Assembly (NCBI GenBank): GCA_963674785.1 | Contig: OY771555.1 | Location: 480,001 to 544,000, forward strand | DNA from: Caldisericia bacterium | Lineage (GTDB): Bacteria; Caldisericota; Caldisericia; JAAYUI01 | Direction of reading: 5' to 3' | Length of the DNA stretch: 64,000 nt | Part shown: piece by piece, positions 61,215-64,000 of the stretch | How positions within the stretch are numbered: position 1 is the stretch's first letter | How the letters are laid out: each line of letters opens with the position of its first letter | The notes under the pieces: generated by a model | Told to the model about the DNA's origin: nothing | Databases searched by the model: none | The model's input: only the letters and a program-made list of their open reading frames with translations | Translations under genes and position numbers: made by a program

Positions 61215-61736
61215 ATGAAGAAATTTGCAGTATTTGCACTAGTATTTGTCTTTGCGTTAAGCCTCGTTGCTGCCTCTCTCGCCCTTGCCGGTACATACGG
61301 TTGAGGAAGCGGCGGCGGTTGCGTTGCAGCCCCACCACCCCCACCACCAGCAGCGGCTGGAGGAAGCGGAAGTGATGTAGATTTGGCTTCTGACCCAACA
61401 CCAAGTTCATGGTTCAACAATGTGCTTGATGGTGACACAATCACCACCCCATTCACAATCCTTGGTGAGTATAAAGCTGAAGCTCGAATCGACACAATCC
61501 AGGTCTCCCCAGATGGCGGAGAAACATGGCTTACAGCAGAAGTTGACAAAGACACAAGAGAATGGTCACTACACATTGCTTCACCTCCAGGTGAAAATGG
61601 TGTTTACCACCTCATTTCTAGAGCAGTTGACAAAAACGGCAGAATGGAAAGAACAGTCAATCCTAACGTCGATGTCAGTCTCAGAAAAAAGCCAGTCGAA
61701 GCATATATTGTTAGAGCTGGAGCAGGCAGAGAGTAA
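61215..61736 (+). CDS. Secreted protein with in-frame UGA (candidate selenoprotein), poly-Pro linker and Ig-like domain
   Basis: AAGGAG RBS; MKKFAVFALVFVFALSLVAASLALA-GTYG(TGA 61302-4)GSGGGCVAAPPPPPP, in frame with ORF 61383-61736. Confidence 0.7.
61305..61336 (+). promoter_or_regulatory. Candidate bacterial SECIS element
   Basis: GGUUGC-GUU-GCAGCC hairpin, apical loop 18 nt after UGA, extended by flanking GG/CC pairs. Confidence 0.5.
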
Positions 61737-61759
61737 AAGTAAAATACTAGCCGCAAACG

Positions 61760-61791
61760 AAAAAAGCCACCCGATGAGGGGTGGCTTTTTT
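61760..61791 (+). terminator. Intrinsic terminator
   Basis: AAAAAAGCCACCC-GATGAG-GGGTGGCTTTTTT. Confidence 0.85.
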
Positions 61792-62002
61792 ACATTCTAG
61801 AGAGCTTTGGGAGTCTTTTTTCTTATTTGGCACAAAAGAAGCTTCGATCGATTATAGAGGTAGGAACCACACAATAATTGAAGTTAATAATGATTAATTC
61901 AATATTCATAATCGATTGATTTTTCCATAATAGGCTGTATACTTGTAGCGTAACTCGAATGTTCTCGTAAACCTTTGTATAAAAAACATAGGAGGTTCTG
62001 AC

Positions 62003-62404
62003 ATGGATATGAAATATAGCTACGACAAATCGAATAATATCATGTTTGTAAGTTACAACGGTTTGATCAGTACCACTGATGATTTAAAACAAATGAGAGA
62101 ACTCACCGACCAGATTTATAATGACGTTGCAACAAAAATATGGCTGATTGTTAACATCGCTGAGTACAAGGTGAAAAACCCGATGCTTGTTAAGGAATGG
62201 CAAAAGAGCGGCAAAAAGACCATGGACAAATACGTTATCGACGAAGTGATGATTTGTAAGAATCCCATTCAAAAAGCGATGTCTCTTCTCTTCAACACAA
62301 TTAGAGGCAAAAAGAGTCCTATCTTTAAGTCAAAAGAGGAAGCTGTTGAACACGTTTTAAAGCTACAGGAAACGGTGGGAAAGTCGAAACCTATTATTGA
62401 TTGA
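62003..62404 (+). CDS. STAS/SEC14 (SpoIIAA-like) domain protein, paralog 1
   Basis: AGGAGG RBS; C-terminal FKSKEEA motif shared with the next gene. Confidence 0.6.
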   Translation: MDMKYSYDKSNNIMFVSYNGLISTTDDLKQMRELTDQIYNDVATKIWLIVNIAEYKVKNPMLVKEWQKSGKKTMDKYVIDEVMICKNPIQKAMSLLFNTIRGKKSPIFKSKEEAVEHVLKLQETVGKSKPIID

Positions 62405-62493
62405 AACATACAAAGCTTCATAGAGCAAAGGTTATCTTTGATAAGATAAAAGGTTTAAATTGTAAGCCCTAAAAACATAGAAAAGGAGTAATC

Positions 62494-62889
62494 ATGGAAC
62501 ATAAAGCAGAATACGATCCAATAAAAAATATCCAATTCTTTGAGTTTATTGGGACACCGAGAGACTCAAATGATATTGATTTTCTAGTCAAAAAAAACAT
62601 CGAGGCACTCGAAAAACTAACATCAAGGGTTTGGCTTGTCACAAACTTAGGAAGTATGTCAGCCGCAAGCCCCCCATTACTTGCTGAGTTTGGTCAAAAA
62701 AGCGTGCCTATGGTTGAGAAATATGGAATAGAAGAATTTGTTCACACACACAAAAGCATCCAGAGACTTATGATTCAGATATACAACAATATCTCTGGTT
62801 CAAAAGTCAAGGTATTCAAATCAAAAGAAGAGGCGATAGAATACATACTTGAACGACAAAAAACTGTCGGAGTGATGCTCCCATTCTGA
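62494..62889 (+). CDS. STAS/SEC14 (SpoIIAA-like) domain protein, paralog 2
   Basis: AAGGAG RBS; VWLVTN...FKSKEEAIEYI. Confidence 0.6.
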   Translation: MEHKAEYDPIKNIQFFEFIGTPRDSNDIDFLVKKNIEALEKLTSRVWLVTNLGSMSAASPPLLAEFGQKSVPMVEKYGIEEFVHTHKSIQRLMIQIYNNISGSKVKVFKSKEEAIEYILERQKTVGVMLPF

Positions 62890-63058
62890 TTCCGTATAAC
62901 ATTTAAAATACACAAAACAGCAAAAGAAACTTTGATTCAGAAGATTCTAGTTTCAATGTTTTGAGCTTAAACCAATACTCATTCTCGGAAATTCGTGATT
63001 CGATAGAGGTGGGTGTTTTACGTTTGATAACTTATAAATAACAGCTATAATAGCTTGT

Positions 63059-63796
63059 ATGTTGATGGCAGACAAAAGCAGGTGGGGAATTGAGGTTGGT
63101 ATGGGTAGATACCTTAAACCCGACATGTTTTGTGACTCTAACGCAAAAAATATAAGCAGAATAGTCTCATCATTGGTTGACAAGGACAGACCGTTTACAG
63201 AGGCTGTAAAAATCATATACCACTTTGTAAAAAATAATATCTGGTTCTGTGGACCCCCTGGCACATTAATCCCTTCATCTAAAACACTTTCTGCAGGCAA
63301 GGGTTGTGCAAACAGCAAATCGGCTCTGCTCGTCTCCATGTTTAGAAGTCTAGGAATACCCGCATATTTTCAGGCATTCCTTATAAGCGGGACTGTCTTT
63401 TCAGAATACATCCCCAGTTATCTAAAAAACTATAAGGAAAAATACTATCTTCATCTAAGACCACTCGTTCGAATAAAAAAGAAATGGATTAGTGTTGAGG
63501 GTGTAATCCCTGATGATAAGTTTCTTGAAACAATAATGAAAAAGCGTTCACTCTCCCACCCAGCAAAAGGAATTGGAATATCTTCCCAGCATTCACTTAG
63601 TAAACTGAAGGCAATTCTTGATTCGTGGGATGGAGAGTCCGAAACTTTCTGTATGGATAGTTCTGTAACAACTTCGCTAGGTGAGGTTATCGATGTTTCA
63701 AATCTATACCTGAAATACAGAAAAAACAGCATTGTAAGTAGAATCGTAAGCTCTATGATAGAGAAGAAAATGGAAGCTATCAGAACAAGCTTATGA
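63059..63796 (+). CDS. Transglutaminase-like domain protein
   Basis: IYHFVKNNI, GKGCANSKSALLVSMFRSLGIPA, H...WISVE. Confidence 0.75.
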   Translation: MLMADKSRWGIEVGMGRYLKPDMFCDSNAKNISRIVSSLVDKDRPFTEAVKIIYHFVKNNIWFCGPPGTLIPSSKTLSAGKGCANSKSALLVSMFRSLGIPAYFQAFLISGTVFSEYIPSYLKNYKEKYYLHLRPLVRIKKKWISVEGVIPDDKFLETIMKKRSLSHPAKGIGISSQHSLSKLKAILDSWDGESETFCMDSSVTTSLGEVIDVSNLYLKYRKNSIVSRIVSSMIEKKMEAIRTSL

Positions 63797-64000
63797 AAAA
63801 CAAAGACAATCCAACAAAACCTGAAGGATACAGGTCGGCAACGGCGGTATCAAGCATCTCAGTTCTCCCTTGGGAGGTTTGGTCTCTGCTTACAGACCCA
63901 AGTAAACTTTCCGCCATAACAGGCTCTCTTGTAAATATCCCAGTCGATATGGGGGCTGAGGGATTCATTAGATTCAAAAACAACGACACTCAGACCGAGT
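63793..64000 (+). CDS. SRPBCC-like protein, 3'-truncated by the window
   Basis: ATG overlaps the upstream TGA; ISVLPWEVWSLLTDPSKL pattern; open to the window end. Confidence 0.5.
   Translation, partial: MKNKDNPTKPEGYRSATAVSSISVLPWEVWSLLTDPSKLSAITGSLVNIPVDMGAEGFIRFKNNDTQTE

Noticed and set aside
61302-61304. Genome-wide UGA reassignment (code 4 or 25)
   Set aside because: Many conserved genes end at TGA at the expected position (e.g. gyrA, alaS, arsR, nitroreductase), so any read-through must be site-specific.
61190-61576. 128-aa minus-strand ORF as the real gene
   Set aside because: The plus strand has the RBS, signal peptide, recognisable domain and promoter; this ORF is its shadow.

Overview
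Bacterial chromosomal window in genetic code 11 (TGA is used as a normal stop). The gene inventory suggests an anaerobe, possibly Caldisericia-like; this is inference only. Housekeeping genes are proS, pyrG, uvrA, gyrB-gyrA-archease, an ftsQ-like/ftsZ/yggS/sepF/alaS/AKR/ruvX cluster, hypE, tRNA-Tyr and tRNA-Thr. Accessory material includes a family of secreted 7-repeat beta-propeller/DUF11/PKD surface proteins, three V4R-like paralogs, a TdeIII-type restriction-modification pair, three M23 peptidases plus a bactofilin, and two SIR2-like DUF4917 genes. Highlights: (1) a missed secreted protein at 61215-61736 with an in-frame UGA followed by a bacterial SECIS-like hairpin (candidate new selenoprotein, U-x5-C motif); (2) both DUF4917 genes lie between matched inverted CGTC/dRS3-like REP palindromes, occupying the position filled by a conserved ~100-bp spacer in six other REP doublets (candidate REP-bounded cassette system); (3) both tRNA genes are followed by tandem arrays of degenerate copies of themselves; (4) a whole propeller is nested inside a DUF11-like domain; (5) many genes appear to be leaderless. 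Family assignments come from recognising motifs by eye, not from database searches.
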